NCBI GenBank assembly: GCA_964187785.1 | Contig: OZ076409.1 | Span: 88,910,001-88,974,000, forward strand | Direction: 5' to 3' | DNA: 64,000 nucleotides | Origin: Amphiscolops sp. MND2022 | Taxonomy: Eukaryota | Part shown: positions 50,640-64,000 of the stretch, piece by piece | Position numbering within the stretch: position 1 is the first letter of the stretch | How the letters are laid out: every line of letters starts with the position of its first letter | Notes under the pieces: model-generated | The model's database searches: none | Told to the model about the DNA's origin: nothing | What the model saw: only the letters and a program-made list of their open reading frames with translations | Translations under genes and position numbers: made by a program

Positions 50640-50977
50640 AGTTTATTGTTGTAACTAGGTGCTGTCCTCTTGTCATGCCTCATTCTAGATTGCTTTGAAT
50701 GACCCTGAGAGCTACTTGACGGACTGTCTTCATTCAACCTATTTATGACTGCCATCATGAGGTCTTTCAGTTGACTAAACTCAGATTGTAATTTTTAAAG
50801 TTTCCTTTCGTCAGTTTCCTTCATTTCAGTTAACTGGGAAGAAATGTCGGAGTTGTCATTGGTATCAGAATCAGTAGTGTTGGACTCTGCCATAACGAGA
50901 TCCGTGGAGGTATGTTCTTCTGATGGAAAATCGATGATCTTACCGTTTCTGAGCTTGGTACCTTGCTCTAAACTCAT
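50640..50977 (-). pseudogene. Possible gag N-terminal remnant
   Basis: MSLEQGTKLRNGK..., a Ser/Asp-rich stretch and a coiled coil continuing past one stop. Resembles gypsy gag starts but has no diagnostic motif. Confidence 0.3.
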
Positions 50978-53900
50978 TTGAAAGGTGAAAAGAAATGTGA
51001 GCGAAGACTAGATTATTTTCGATGATTTGTAGACGTTTTCTTTCTATTTTATATGATTTGCAAGTAGCTCCAAATCACTATTCGGAACAGAGATGAAATT
51101 TCGATGAAGAACATGTAAGAATTCAGTTTACAATAGCAGATAATCAGTATGAGGTACATCAGGAGGAAGTCATCTTAACTTCATCCTAATTTAAATTGAG
51201 TGGTAGTTGATTGATCAGTTACTGATTTTGACTAACTTGGAGACTAAAAGTGGATGAAATTTGGATGTAAGTCTGCCGTAAAGAAACGACTGTACTGTAG
51301 CTAGTCGCAAAGTTCTTCTGACTAATCAGTAATTGCGGTTCAAACTACAGCAAGTCGCGCGTTTTGGCTGGTTGGAAAGACTCAGTTCTTACCAACCTTC
51401 GTTCTCATTGGTTATAGGAACTGGTGTTAATTGGTAAGTCACGTGACTATCAGTGGTGGGAATTGCCGCAGGATTGCTACCTCGTATGCTAAATCTACAT
51501 ATTTACTAATTAGCAATGATTTATAAACTTTACAGCTTTGTAATTGCCTGCACATAACAATGGTTACTATGGAGATAGTAACAAGATGAAAATGATAGTA
51601 ATTGCACTAAAACTGAGTCAAATTAAAGCAAAACGCATTAAACGATGGTAAAACGATGTTTTCCAAGTAATGCAATCAACATTGGACACTATCTCATGTA
51701 CACGGATGGATAAGTCATGAAATCGAGTCAGTATCTACTGAAATCCAGCACCATTTTAGCATACGGTGTAAAAACGATAAATTCTTAACTATATTCATTC
51801 AAATTCGGCAATAGCTGGGTTCACGATAAAAGAAGGATGGACTTCTTCCTATATCTGCTGTTTTCATTACATTTCTGATCTGACAATTAAATAAACGACG
51901 TGTTTACACTCATATAAGAACATCCAGTACACTTGCTCTTTTATTGATGAATTTAAGATGTACTTTCCTACTATTTTCTCTGCTTTCTCTAGTGATGAAA
52001 TAGTGGTGTATTTTACGTTCAGAAAATGAGAAGTACTTTGGTTCCAAGTACCAAATTAAATAAAAGCATATTAAGCAAGTTCGCTGATGAGCTTGCGATG
52101 TGTTTCGTGTAAGAAGCATTAAATCCCAAACCAGCGATGATTTTACGATGTGTTCTAACAATTTTTTCGTCCCGAGGAATCCACTGATGGGTTTACGATG
52201 TGAATAGATAACTAAGTCCCATATATAAATTGTTTGCAAACCCGCTCTGAACTTTGATTCGGGATGAACTTTGGAAAATCGTTAAGTAATGCTGCTAGCA
52301 AAGCCGCTGATAGATTTGCGATGAATAATAGTAGAATGGTATTTGATGTCACCAGCAAAATCCGCTGATGGATTTGCGATGAACTTTCACTAAAGGCACC
52401 AATTTATGCGTGATTTGCACTTACAGTCTAGTGGATGAGAAAAGGATGATTTTTTCTGTTTACGGGTCGCATAAATTAGTATCAATGATTACGAGATGAG
52501 GATCGGTCGCGACGGTCGCTCTGAGGCGGGAGCTTACGAAGTAACTTAGAATTCCGTCACGTTTCAGTCTGTCGGTCCAGACTGACCGGAAAAACTATTC
52601 TCATTTTGTCGTGACAAACCACTTTTTTGAGTGTATCACTTTTTGCTTTAAGCATGATCATAATTGCGGATACCGGAACTAGAGTACTCAATTTTAGTTA
52701 AATAGGTAGCTCAGACTCAAGAAGGGGGAAATGGGATTAGGTACAAGTAACGTAGAGTTGCGCATAACCATGGCTCTTTTTATATGACTTCATTTTGCCC
52801 ATATCTACGTACATAAGACATAGTGTATACAATACAGATGTTTAGTAGGTCATATTTCCATCATGCTCTCATGACACTCCCGGAGGAGGGATTTGGAATG
52901 AGAGTGCAGGAGCCAAATGCGCAGGGAATGGTTGTCTCAGCGTGGGCTTCGACTTGGTCCTTCGTTAGTCTGGGGGAAAATTTCCTTCGTTGGTGCTTGA
53001 GGATAGTGTCCTTCGTTAGTTTTGTCCCTTGTGGATCTTCTCGGAGAGGGAGACATCGGTCATTGTTTGATATCTGGCTTTAAATGGGTTATCTCGGTTA
53101 AATTAGACGCGTAAAATGTAATTCTCGGCCCGTCTAGTATCCGCTGATCTGCATATTAGTGGCTGTCATGCTTTTATTCAGGAGATGGTTGGCTGATATT
53201 GTCGTTGAAAATTTGTTAGTTGCTCTGGATGTTTGTTTCTGGGCCTCCTACGCTATGTAAACACTCAGTAGGAGAATCGCTGTTGGCTTTGTAGCAAACT
53301 GGTGCCGCTAATTTTTCACTGTCTGCGACGATGAGAAAGAGAGGACTTGTTGCCATAGCAACCTGCACATGATTTGATTGGCTGAGGTTGAATTTCATAA
53401 CTGGAAATTAACAACTGACTGACTGTCAGCAGCAAATTCTTCGTGAACTACTCAGTTTAAAGTCGGTTGAAATTGCCACGATTTCCTCTGCGTGTTTCGC
53501 TCATCTTTATCATAATTGCTTTGAGACTGGCAGCTGTCGTCAAAGCAAATACTTGAAGGTTTGTAATAGTCTATTTTTTCCAGGGGCAGTAGTTCAGTCA
53601 GACAACTTTGCGACAGGTTGTGTTTCGGAAATAGAATTGAAGTCCGTCCAAAACCAAAGATTTTTCATCGTTTTCCATCCTGTGAAATCAAGTATTTGGT
53701 TTATCTCTTCGTTCAAGCTGTCATCGCTCTTTGAAATCCGTCGTGAATTTGTAATGCTGTATTCGTGGTTGATCAGGCCATTTAATTACTGATCAAATTC
53801 TTGTCCTGAGTTTCTTCGATCTTGATCTTTCTTTCAATCTCTTCCGTCCTTTTCAGATCTTGTATCAACTTCTTCCGTATTGCAATGTCTGAGGACCTTT

Positions 53901-55786
53901 CCCTCAGTTCACTCATTACCTGAGACAGAGTCTCAAGGAGCTACGTGCAGCATTTTTCCTTGTTTCTCCACACAACTCTGGAATGGTAGCAAAACAGTAG
54001 GAACTCCTGCTTTTAGCTGATTTTATTCACTCTGTTGGCATTGTATCAGAGCTGACTACATTGGAGACTGTGCCCCCCTTGCCGGCTGTCGAGACTCACG
54101 TCAACAGCCCAGAGAATTCGCTTGATCCCGATCACTCTATGACCCCGTCAACCTCAGGAGTTGTTTCTGAGTCGAATGTATATGTTCCATACCATCCGCA
54201 GTGTACGTATCCTTTTCCAATCATACTGCCCAGCCATTCGTCATCTTCCTTCCACTCGCCGATGATCCAACTCGTGACTTTTTCCTTACTGTTTAGATTA
54301 CTTTCTATGGCATATCTCCCTTGGAAGCATATCCCTTCGGCTGGTATGACTGGTATATGCGAGATCGTGAGAGTGTACAGCAATATAGTAAGTTTTGTTT
54401 TCAAGTTCTCTTCCTTTGCAAACTATCGTCCAAACACTGCAGTGTGATTCCGATGTTTCCATCTCATCTTCATGTAGTGCTTTTCTTGGTCGCTTCAGCT
54501 TCGGATTTTTGACGATGGACTTTGGATGAGTTTCTCAATTTTCGTAGTGACTTTGTTCTCTCTTCATTTGATTCAAATGGCGTGCTGATGTGTAAGTGAT
54601 TGGTTTGTAATCCATTTAGGACCGACTCCAATTCACGCTCCAAGGTCTCTCCCACCCACCTCGACGGTGTGCATTGGAACCAGTGACTTCGGGGCTGCTA
54701 TGGTTGACGCCGAAACGCAAGGTGGACCGCCACCACTGGAGCTGTCACCTTTCTTAAATGACCTGTCAATAACAGCCACTAGTTTCCCTCTGCCGAAGTT
54801 GGCGGTTTCTGTAATTTCGCCTACTTTCCAGCATTTCCTGGATACTGGCACTCCCACGGGGGGTCTTCCGCCTGCTCGTGTTTTCGTCAGTCAGTGCACT
54901 TAAACTTGTGATGAGATCCAGTACGTTGATGTGGCTACCGGTTATGATCCGCCAGTTGTTCCTCCTCCTGATGATCCTCTGCCTTCTCATGACGGCTCTG
55001 AAATACCAGAGCTTGATGTTGGCTCTCCCGACTTCCGCTAGGGAGGCAGTCCTCGCTCCACTGTGGATCCGCTCGAAGGTTTTTCGATGGATGGTTCTCT
55101 GGCTGCCTGTTCCGTTTCTGAAACTGTCATTTCCCTGGCTGATGCTGGCCCCGATGAAACCTCGACTATGGGCCCTAGTCTCGTTGATTCGGATGACGAG
55201 CTGCTCGCCTCCCTTTTGCCAGGTTACCTAAACAGCTTTCAAAACCTTGTGAAGTTTCATTTTGGCAATATCTTTCATCCTCCTACTTTTGTTTTCATTT
55301 TTCGTCTTGAAAATTAGATTTCTCGAGGAGTACATCGTATTTCATCGTTCGGACATTTTCAATCAAAAACATATCCTTTTCAACGTTCAAAAACTTTTCG
55401 ATCAAAATATCCTCCTTTCTATCGTTTACTTATCTTCCAACGTACATCTCTTTTTCATCGTTCGTGTTCTTGGTTTTGGTTTGCCAGAGCGAACTGTGCA
55501 CTTGTTCGTTTGTCTTGTTCTGGACGCTATTTATCGGGACTGCCAGTTTGTGTGTGTTACAAGCCTTTGGGACGTGATGGTGGCGTCCGAGCCCCAACAT
55601 GCAACCCTGTTTGGACAGAGTTGTTAACTGAACGATGTGAAGGTAATAGTCTCATTTTTCACTATTTTGTGTACTGTTAGGATATTTGGACTGGGTACTA
55701 CGTTTTATTCTTTTACTTTTTATGATGGTGGTTTGACTATCTAATGTTTTCATTTGAAATAATTTTGTCGTTGTGTGGATTGCAGT

Positions 55787-57488
55787 GCGTTATTCCTAGT
55801 ATCTGAATCTGAGTTTTTTGTGTGTGTTTTTTAGAGTGTGGTCTACTTGGGCCTCTGGCCTTTCATTATGCGGAGGCTGATCAATGTGTGGTCGAAAAGC
55901 TCTTTCAACAGTTTCCACCTAACTGCCTCGATTGGTCGAATGAGCGGGACAGTGACAGTGTGCGCTCTGAACGGTGTCAGTTACTACTCGGTGTACTGTT
56001 TTGCTCTGGTTCGTGACTGGGAGCACAGGGTTGTTTTATGGCTAGTCAAAGTGTGGTGTTGTATGCTCGGAGAGCCTGTTCCATTTGGACTGTATTGGGA
56101 CGCGTTGCCTCAGCTGGATAGACTTTTCCGATCAACCACAGGAGTTGGCTCTTTTGAAATAAAGCCTCTGGTGCTCTCGGACTTGAGTCGTACCATTTTA
56201 GACGTGAGTGGTCAAGTGCTGGGCGGAACTGACATGCATGTGGTTCTGAACCACCTGCAGAAGCATGTGAAAGGATTTGTGAAGGATCCTTTGTTGCTTA
56301 GCTGTCCTCATCTTCTGCAAGTACGTATAATATTATTTGCTTTCCGTTTGTCTAGACTTGTGTTCGTGCTATCCTCTGGGCCGTGTTGTCGAGTTTCTGT
56401 AAGTTTTTCTAACAAAACTAGATTGTATGTTGCAATTTTAGGCTATTCTCTCTGGTGAGGTGTAAGTCTGGACTCTGGCGGACGTTTGTGAGGAACTGCA
56501 TTTGAAATGGTCAGACATTCTTTCCTTGTTGCGGTTTTCTGGTGGAGAGGGACCGCTTGATCCATTGGATCGCACAATGCGTGCCAAAGTCGGCATCCTC
56601 ATCAGACTGCGTGCTTTGATTACCCTCGTGGAGGAATACGGTCTACCTGCCGACCTTGATACCAGGGGGTGGTTGTTCCTGGACGTAGACAGCCTGATTG
56701 TGTCTGAGTTCAAGCATTAGTCTCTGCTAGCTACGTTTCACGATGATGAGAACTTGGCTGAAACTGAAGCCTTGTACGGGGAAGACCTGTCCCGAGTGCC
56801 CATCTTCTTGTTTATGGTTGTGAGAGAAGTTCTATTAGCGTCTGGACTTCGTGATGAATTGGCGTTGGTTTTGAGCGTTTGCAGTCCTTCGTGTCTCTCC
56901 TATGTTGACAAAGATGAATTGCTTGGAGAAGTGCGCAATTTTACAGATCTTCTTGTGGAATTGAATCGGATATCCTTATCAGAGCAGGGGCAAATGGGGC
57001 GTGGATTTCTGGACTTTGTTGCTACTTATCGGCGCGAGTCAGGACCAGCCGGGGCCACAGCCGATTGTGCCGCAATCGATCTGCTCAGATGCTGAGCAAC
57101 TCGCGGTTGTCAGCGCCTATTGCAGAGTATTTTCTGTCTTGGTGGGGGTGTTCAAATTCCGACGAATACTTCGTGTGATGGCATTGGCCCTTTGTCCAGT
57201 GATGTCACTTGTGAAATGTGTGCCATCATCCTGAGTTATGTTGCGGCACATCGAGTGAGAAGTTATGAGATTGTGAGCGGCCCTTTGCTGGAGGAATTTT
57301 TGGAATCCCACAGAAGACTTGTCGGTCTATCTGACCTATCTGAGGACATGTTGCGGGATGACATCGGCATTGTCGCCGGAGAAGAACACCGGCTCCAGTT
57401 GTATGCTAGTCTGGATACAATTTAGCGGGAGAGCGTTCAACAAGTCCTGAGATCGGGAAATAGTTCTTATTTTAATGAAGACTTTTGA
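55787..57488 (+). pseudogene. Spliced pseudogene of unknown product
   Basis: ORF 55838-56320, then a phase-0 GT..AG intron (56321-56441), then one frame 56442-57488 broken only by point stops (ORFs 56502, 56754 and 57120 share that frame). Confidence 0.6.
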
Positions 57489-58799
57489 AACTTGAAAATT
57501 TTTTCTTCTTTGCATTATATTTAGTTTATTTACTTTTCTTATGGGTTACCAAAATGAAATGAGAATATCTGCAATCAAAGGTGCTGCGTCGGAAAATGCG
57601 GTAGCACAGTATGTACAATAGTTAAAGTTGGAACCCACATTTGTTTTTATCTCTTGAGATGTTAATATTCTATATTAAGTGCGTTCAGGTATTTTGGCGT
57701 CCAAGATGCCCTAGTTTGTGTATTTCCCAAGTGGTGAATCAACTAAGCTCATCGTTGCTTCATCTATTGCTATATTTAGTTCATTTGGTTTAAAACTGTT
57801 GCGAAGCGAATCCTATGAACCGTCAGTCTCAGTCAGGTAACCTAAACGGTTGGCTTTTTCAGATCCGTTCTTCATCGTATTTACATCGTGCTTCAGTCAA
57901 CCATTTTTATAGTTCGCTTTCCTCACGATTGTCATCGCGTTCACATCTTGCGTTAGGTGATCGGCTACTTTAGTTGTCTTTCTAGCATTTTCATCGCATT
58001 TTCATTGGTCGACCGAGCGACTTCCTGAAAATCGTGTTTTTCATCGTTTTCTAGTCAGAATTTTTCATTTGTGATATTGCATGTTGTTGCATGTGTTTAT
58101 TTTCATATTTCATCGTCTTTTCATCTGTTCAAAATGAGCGTGGTGTTCTTTAGGGACCGTCATTGCAATTACCTATCTTATTCGGACTGCTTTTATCAAT
58201 GTTTCTACTGGTTCTTTTCTCGGATGTTCATTTTAATGGCGGGTGTTCGGGGTCGTCGCGTCGTGCGTTTCATGTTTGCATGTATTGCAAGTACGTGCTT
58301 TTTTGAACTTACATGCATTTTCGTTACATATATTTTAAGACAATGTCTAGTTTGTGAATTATATGTTTGTTTGACGTGTACTATGAGGTTTTTATTTTCC
58401 AGACACTCGTTTGATGGCTTATCCCAATAAGGAATGTTCGTGGTACTTAAGGTCGGTCACTTGTATTCCTTTTGTGGATGCGTTTAATTCATGTAGTTTT
58501 CCAATTTTTGTTTTTTGTTCGTTGATTTGGACAGCGTTTTGTCGTCACAAAACCCTACAAAACTAACTGAGAATCCACGGTGTCAAAGGATTACCCCATG
58601 AGTCACAGCTTCATCTGAATGGTTGTAAGCCCCCTAGTTAACAAGCACTCTTTTCAGATAAGTGCCCGCCAGCGCGAAGGAAAGATTTCAGTTTTTGGCT
58701 GTGCTTTTTTAGTAATCCTAAACTGATCTACCAGTGGTCGCTCTCTCTCCTTTGTTTTAAATTTGTAGTTGCCTTTCAGGTTTTTCCTTCTCACATGTG

Positions 58800-59250
58800 T
58801 TTTAATAGGTTTGAAGTATTTTCATTTGCTCTGTTTGTCAGCCTTCTGTTTGGTTTGGTTTCATTTTGTGTGAATTTCATATATTGTATCGTTTTACGAT
58901 GTGATTACAGGTATGGTACTATTTCAGGTTGTTCATTTGTTCACATGTATTTAATTACTGTCTGTCTAATTTGGTGACGTCACCCTAAATTGTTCTTCAA
59001 GTAAACGGTTACATATGTGGTCATTTAGTTAATAGGTTTGAAGTATTTTCGTTTGTTCCGTTTGTGGGCCGTCTTTTTTGGTTTGGTTTCTTTTTGTGTG
59101 AATTGCATTTATTGTATCGTTTTACGATGTGATTACGTGTATGTCAGGTTGTTTACATTTTTTGCATGTAATTAATACCTGTCTGTCTAATTTGGTGACG
59201 TCGTCCTAATTTGTTCTTCAAGTAGATGGTTACATGCGTGGTCATTTAGC
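58800..59250. repeat. ~228-bp diverged tandem duplication
   Basis: TTAATAGGTTTGAAGTATTTTC...GTGGTCATTTAG starts at ~58802 and ~59029. Confidence 0.85.
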
Positions 59251-59719
59251 TGTTTTCTGTGGCTTTTGCCTTTCTCTGATCGAAACTCATCGCTATTTCA
59301 TCATGTAGCTGAGCTAGAGACAGTCGGTAATAAACCGATGGATTGTTTCTCGCTAAATAACAGTTGATGTTGTGTTGATGGTATTTTCCAGCACAAATAC
59401 ATCTTATTTAATGTTTTTCATGTCTGCAAGGGATTTTTGACGAAGTTCATCACTTTGTCATCTGAGGTTTGGTAAATGTGTATGTTCATGTAACTTTCAT
59501 CCGTTTTACATCTCGATATATTGTAATTTGTCTTTCATGTGGTTTGTTGGTGTTTTTCATCCATTTTACATCTACAAATTTGTTTCGATCGTTAATTGCA
59601 TGTATTTTAGTCGTATTTGGCAAGTTTTCATCGCTAACACATCTTACGGTATGGAAGTCGTTTCCGCTAAATTGTGAAGTTTGCGTTGTTTGTCTTTCTC
59701 AAGGCGTTTCGTGCTGTAG

Positions 59720-62700
59720 TTATCTCATGAATGAGGAAACCTGGATATATTTTCAGAGTTGGGTTCTCACGTAGCCCGTACCTACTCTGATTGTTCCTAG
59801 ACATTCTAGAACTCATCCAATTCTCATCCCCAGTTCTTGTCTGCATTCTTTTTTGCTGTCGTTCGTGCTGTTCAGCTCAAAGAGGTACTCTTATCCTACT
59901 TTCATCGCGTGGGGGCTGTAGGATGATCTCTTCCTGTGTTCCAAAGCGGACAGTGAGCGGCATGAAGTCATTGAACTCAATTTCTACTGGTGGATTGTCT
60001 GTTCTGGCGGGTATCTCAGGCGTTCTATCTTGTGACCTACCTTGTCTTGCTTTTAATTGTCGGTTAACTGTTTCTTCTGAAGGCTCATTGTCGACTAAGT
60101 CTTGATCCTAGTTGTTATTTTTGTTCCGATCTACTTCGTCGTGTCTCGGAATATTTGAATCAAATATGTCCGTGTCTTCAACCCTTTCATTGTCTGGGTA
60201 AATTTGTTTGGAAACGCTTATGTCATCGATAGGAAATGCCGGCTTGAAGAGTATCAGTCGCATTCTGTGTCACACTGAGTCTTGTGTGTCCCTAATTCCC
60301 GGATGATGTAGTTGCTATCGGATAGCACTTTCATCACCTTGTACGGTCCTTTCCAGTGGAATGTTTTAAATTCTTCTTTGCTTCACTGAGTGTCGTACTT
60401 AGTGTCTAGAAGGAACACAAAATCATTTACCTTCAGTGGCTGTGCTCGTGCTTTCCTATCGTAGTACGCTTTGTACTTGTGATAGGCGGAGATTATGTTG
60501 TCTGAATTTTCTGGGAATACAAAATTCATTTTGTCTAGAATTTCGTTCACGTCCTTGAACTTTGTCTCAGCCTGCTTATTTGAGTTTCTGAAATGCAGAT
60601 CTAATGTATTGTGTGGCACTCGCCCGTGGAATATCTCTGTTAGAGAGCATTTCAACGAATCGTGTATGTCGTATTGTGGGCCATTATTGCTATGTGGTCT
60701 GTCTGCGTTAACACTAATTTTGAGAATCTTTTTTAGCTTAGCGTGACTTTTCTCAACCATGCCTATTGTCTGAGCGTGTTTTTTCGTCGCATGGAAGATG
60801 TGTATGTCAGCTGCTTTCGCGAGTTCAGTCAGTAGTTCAGCAGTGAAGGCCGTTCTTTTATCCGTCAGGATGTGCTTGGAAACATGGGCGTGTCTCGTAA
60901 AGATCGACAGTAGTCCTTTAACTAGTGATTGCGTGTCAGGTCGTCTTAACGGAACTACGAACAGGTAGGATGCAAAAACGTCGACTGCCGTCAGAATGTG
61001 CGTAAAACAGTTCGAGGTGTGGGCATACTATGTCTATTTCCAACATGTCTTCTGCTCCGTCGAACGGGTCGTAGATTTTCTGCAACGGTGGACGTAACTG
61101 GGACTCTTTCACGCTTTTCGATTTCATGCAATTTTCACAACCTTCTATTACTGTTTGGACTTTGGTTGGTGAACTTGGCAAGTTATACTTTTTACGTAAT
61201 TCATGCAACATTTTCTTTAAATCGGGGTGCCCCTGTACTGGGCTGTTATGGAGAGCTCTTATAATTTTCATTACACAGTCTTTGGGGTCCACTAGCTGCT
61301 TTCGAGACTCTAGTCATGTGTGGTCAAAACACTGCCTGTACAGGACACCATTTACAACTTGAAGTTTTTTAACGGTTTTCATAGTATATTTGGAAAAACT
61401 GCTCTTGCATGTTAACTGGGTGTCGCAAAATTTCATATCCTTCTAACACTTTAATCATTTTTTGGATTACCTAGTTAGATTTTTGTTTTTCATTTAGATC
61501 GACCCCCTCGGCGCGGCTAACCTGACTCAATACCGGGGTTGATAATGATACTTTACGTATGAATCTGGTGAGTTGTATCTGCTCATTCGCGTCTGCGAGG
61601 TGGTACGCCAGATGGTTTTCATTCACTTGAAAGTCATATGAAGCTGCTGACCTCTCACAGTTGGTGAACTTCATCTCTTACCCATCGTCATGAACCACAT
61701 CAGTGGTGTCTGCAAAGTTCATCTGTTTGGCATCGTTCTGGCTTTTGCATCTACGTGGTTCGCTTGTAGGAAAGTAGTCAGGCTCATCTTCTTCCTGCTT
61801 CGGAGTTCTGAAAGCGATTCCGATCATCTTGGTTCTGTGAATTGGAACAGTTTCACTCAAATTTAAATGAACACGATCTTCAGGTTTAATCTCAAGTCGA
61901 GATAAGTAATCCGCTGCGAGATTTTCAACTTCTGGTACATGTGCTAATAAAAAATTAAACTGAAGAGTTAGATCACAAAAATTCCAAAGTTAAGGCGGGA
62001 TGTGTTCCGCCTGAAAAAATCTGGTTAAGGCTCTATTGTCAGTCAATTTGATGATGGGTTTCTTCGCACCCCCCGACAGAATGTGGCCAAATTCATCGAA
62101 TACAAAGTGCATGGCTAAAAACTCCTTGGCATACATTGTTAGATACATTTGACCCCCTTGGAACTTCTTGGATCCAAAGGCGTCGGGGGGTTATGTTTGT
62201 TTTGCTGACGACTCAGCATAATCTTCAATCAATAAAACATAGCCAACAGTGTGTTCGCTGGCATCACCCATTATCACCAATTGTTTATCAGGTAACGGTA
62301 GTTTCAAAGACACTTTATTTGCTTTCAACAAACTTTCAATAATTTCAAAAATAGCGTCTTTATGTTGTTGTTCTAGTTTAAACGGGACGTCTTTCTTGAT
62401 GAGTTCCTGTAAACAACAAATTTTATTGGCCTGACTGGGGATGTAAGACATGTAAAAGTTAACAAAACCGAGGTAACGTTGAAGTGCTTTTACAGAGTCC
62501 GGGAGTTTCAGTTTTGTCAAAAAATCAGTTACTCATTTTTCAATGGGAGCAATGCCTGTACTTGAAATGGTCTTGCCTAAATACTCGATTTGTTTTTGTC
62601 TAAATTCATACTTACCCATGCTTGGTTATAAACCTGATTTGTCCAGTTGCTGAAATACAAGTTCAAGGTTTGTAATCAGTTCTTCTGGGATGTGGGCTGC

Positions 62701-64000
62701 ATTTCCAATATCATCAACATACTGGGCACATCGGTCCGCTTTGACCAAGGGATCCAAATCCTCGCGAAGTACACTTGTGAATGCTGATATAGAACGATTA
62801 AGAACTTGTGCTAGACGTAAAAATGCAAAAGTTCTAGAATCAAAGTTGAAAGATAAGAGTTGAACTGGCTGGTCATCAGCCATGGGGGTGCAATAATAGG
62901 CCTAGGAACAATCAAGTTTACAAAAGTACCTTTTCCCGGCCATGTGTTGAGCAGCGTTAGCAATAGTAGTTACGGGATGATTGTTTTTACCCTAATCGTT
63001 TTTTCTGAGGTTGTTTATTCTTCGCAAGTCAACTAAAATCCTCATTTTACCATAAGGTTTTCGCAGGGCAAAAATCGGTGAAGAGTATTTGCTATGAGGA
63101 AAGGTAGTTATTGTCCCATACTCTTGCATTAGAGCTAACTCCACGAGCAAATCGTCCTTCAAATTTGTCGGAGTAGAGAGACTTTGTGAATAAACAGGTT
63201 CTTTTTGTTCTGGTGTTAGTTTAACTTTAAAATCAGTATTCATGCCGATGTCAAAACGATGTCGAGCAAAAATGGAGTTGTACTTTACCAGCAATTCCTC
63301 TACCTGTAACCGTTGAGACGGAGTGAGAAGTGATTCGTCCCAGGTGAAGTTCTCCAGGGAGTTCATCCGTTGTTCATCGGATTGGGACGGGTCAAGCTTC
63401 TCGAGTTCTCGCAGTGCCAGAATCTCATCGTATATTCGTAGCTTACTCGCGTTGAGTTTGTCTGGCTCACTGCACGTCTCTGGTGTTGGGTACCACTTTG
63501 TAGCTTTCATGTCAGGGTTCACGAACAGTTGATTGATCACTGCTTCCGCCTCGTCTGGGTACTTGGTGATCAAGTTCAAGTGCTCCACTGGCAAGGGCGT
63601 GATGTTTGCCGCCTGATGTGGTGTCGGGATGCGGAAGTGTGCCAGAGTTGTGTTGGAATCAAATGTGAACGTGTGATTGTTCGGTTTGGCGACCTGGATT
63701 GTCGTCTTGCCCGCATATAGGTCAACCAACGTAGGTGAAACAAGCAAACACGTCTTCCGCATGAAGGCTGAAGACCCCTCAACTGTTCCAGTTGTAAGTG
63801 AGATGTCCGCGTCGCTGTGGACCTGTATTATCACTTGTTGGAGAGGAGGGATCACTGTATTAGCACTGGAACACAAATAAATTAACCCGGTTTTGAATTT
63901 GTTGATTTTTTGTTGTCGGACTTGCATGGACATCATGTGGTTGGGGATATGTACAAGGTGGTTTTTGATGTCTAGTTTTACTGAGTACTTTTCAAAAAAG
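59720..64000 (-). pseudogene. pol: Decayed Ty3/gypsy pol (element 4), running off the window
   Basis: dUTPase-like spacer; RT (MRILVDLR, AQYVDD); RNase H (GDAS); integrase (HNSPVQGHP...CENC, LEIDIV); C-terminal YGLRENP. Same broad family as element 3. Confidence 0.9.

Noticed and set aside
52380..52745. PBS-like TGGTGCC (minus strand) and PPT-like AAGAAGGGGGAAA (plus strand)
   Set aside because: No LTR pair or TSD could be assigned, and the orientations conflict.

Overview
Repeat-dense eukaryotic (probably invertebrate animal) DNA made almost entirely of transposable elements. No intact host gene, rRNA, tRNA or CRISPR array is recognisable. From left to right: (1) 1-9662 is a chain of non-autonomous Helentron/HINE-like modules, each ending in subTIR + GC hairpin + CTATG + T-run; some carry ~180-bp satellite-like arrays. 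(2) 9706-15238 is a degenerate Ty3/gypsy LTR retrotransposon with 251-bp LTRs, a CAGGT TSD and a tRNA-Ser-type PBS. (3) ~16-21 kb is a degenerate AT-rich tandem repeat with a probable solo LTR. (4) 21454-37290 is a young 15.8-kb gypsy-type element with near-identical ~730-bp LTRs. It lacks PR/RT/RNase H. Its integrase has a long C-terminal tail with an AT-hook, a Cys cluster and two apparent TARG1/OARD1-like macrodomains. It also carries an intact 1435-aa extra ORF in the env position, with a splice acceptor and an SGNH-like domain. This element is the most interesting object in the window. (5) 39-46 kb and 59.7-64 kb are two decayed minus-strand gypsy elements. Between them lie a second HINE, a truncated 3' end related to element (4), and an intron-containing pseudogene antisense to the last pol. 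All domain calls come from motif reading by eye and need HMM or structure confirmation.
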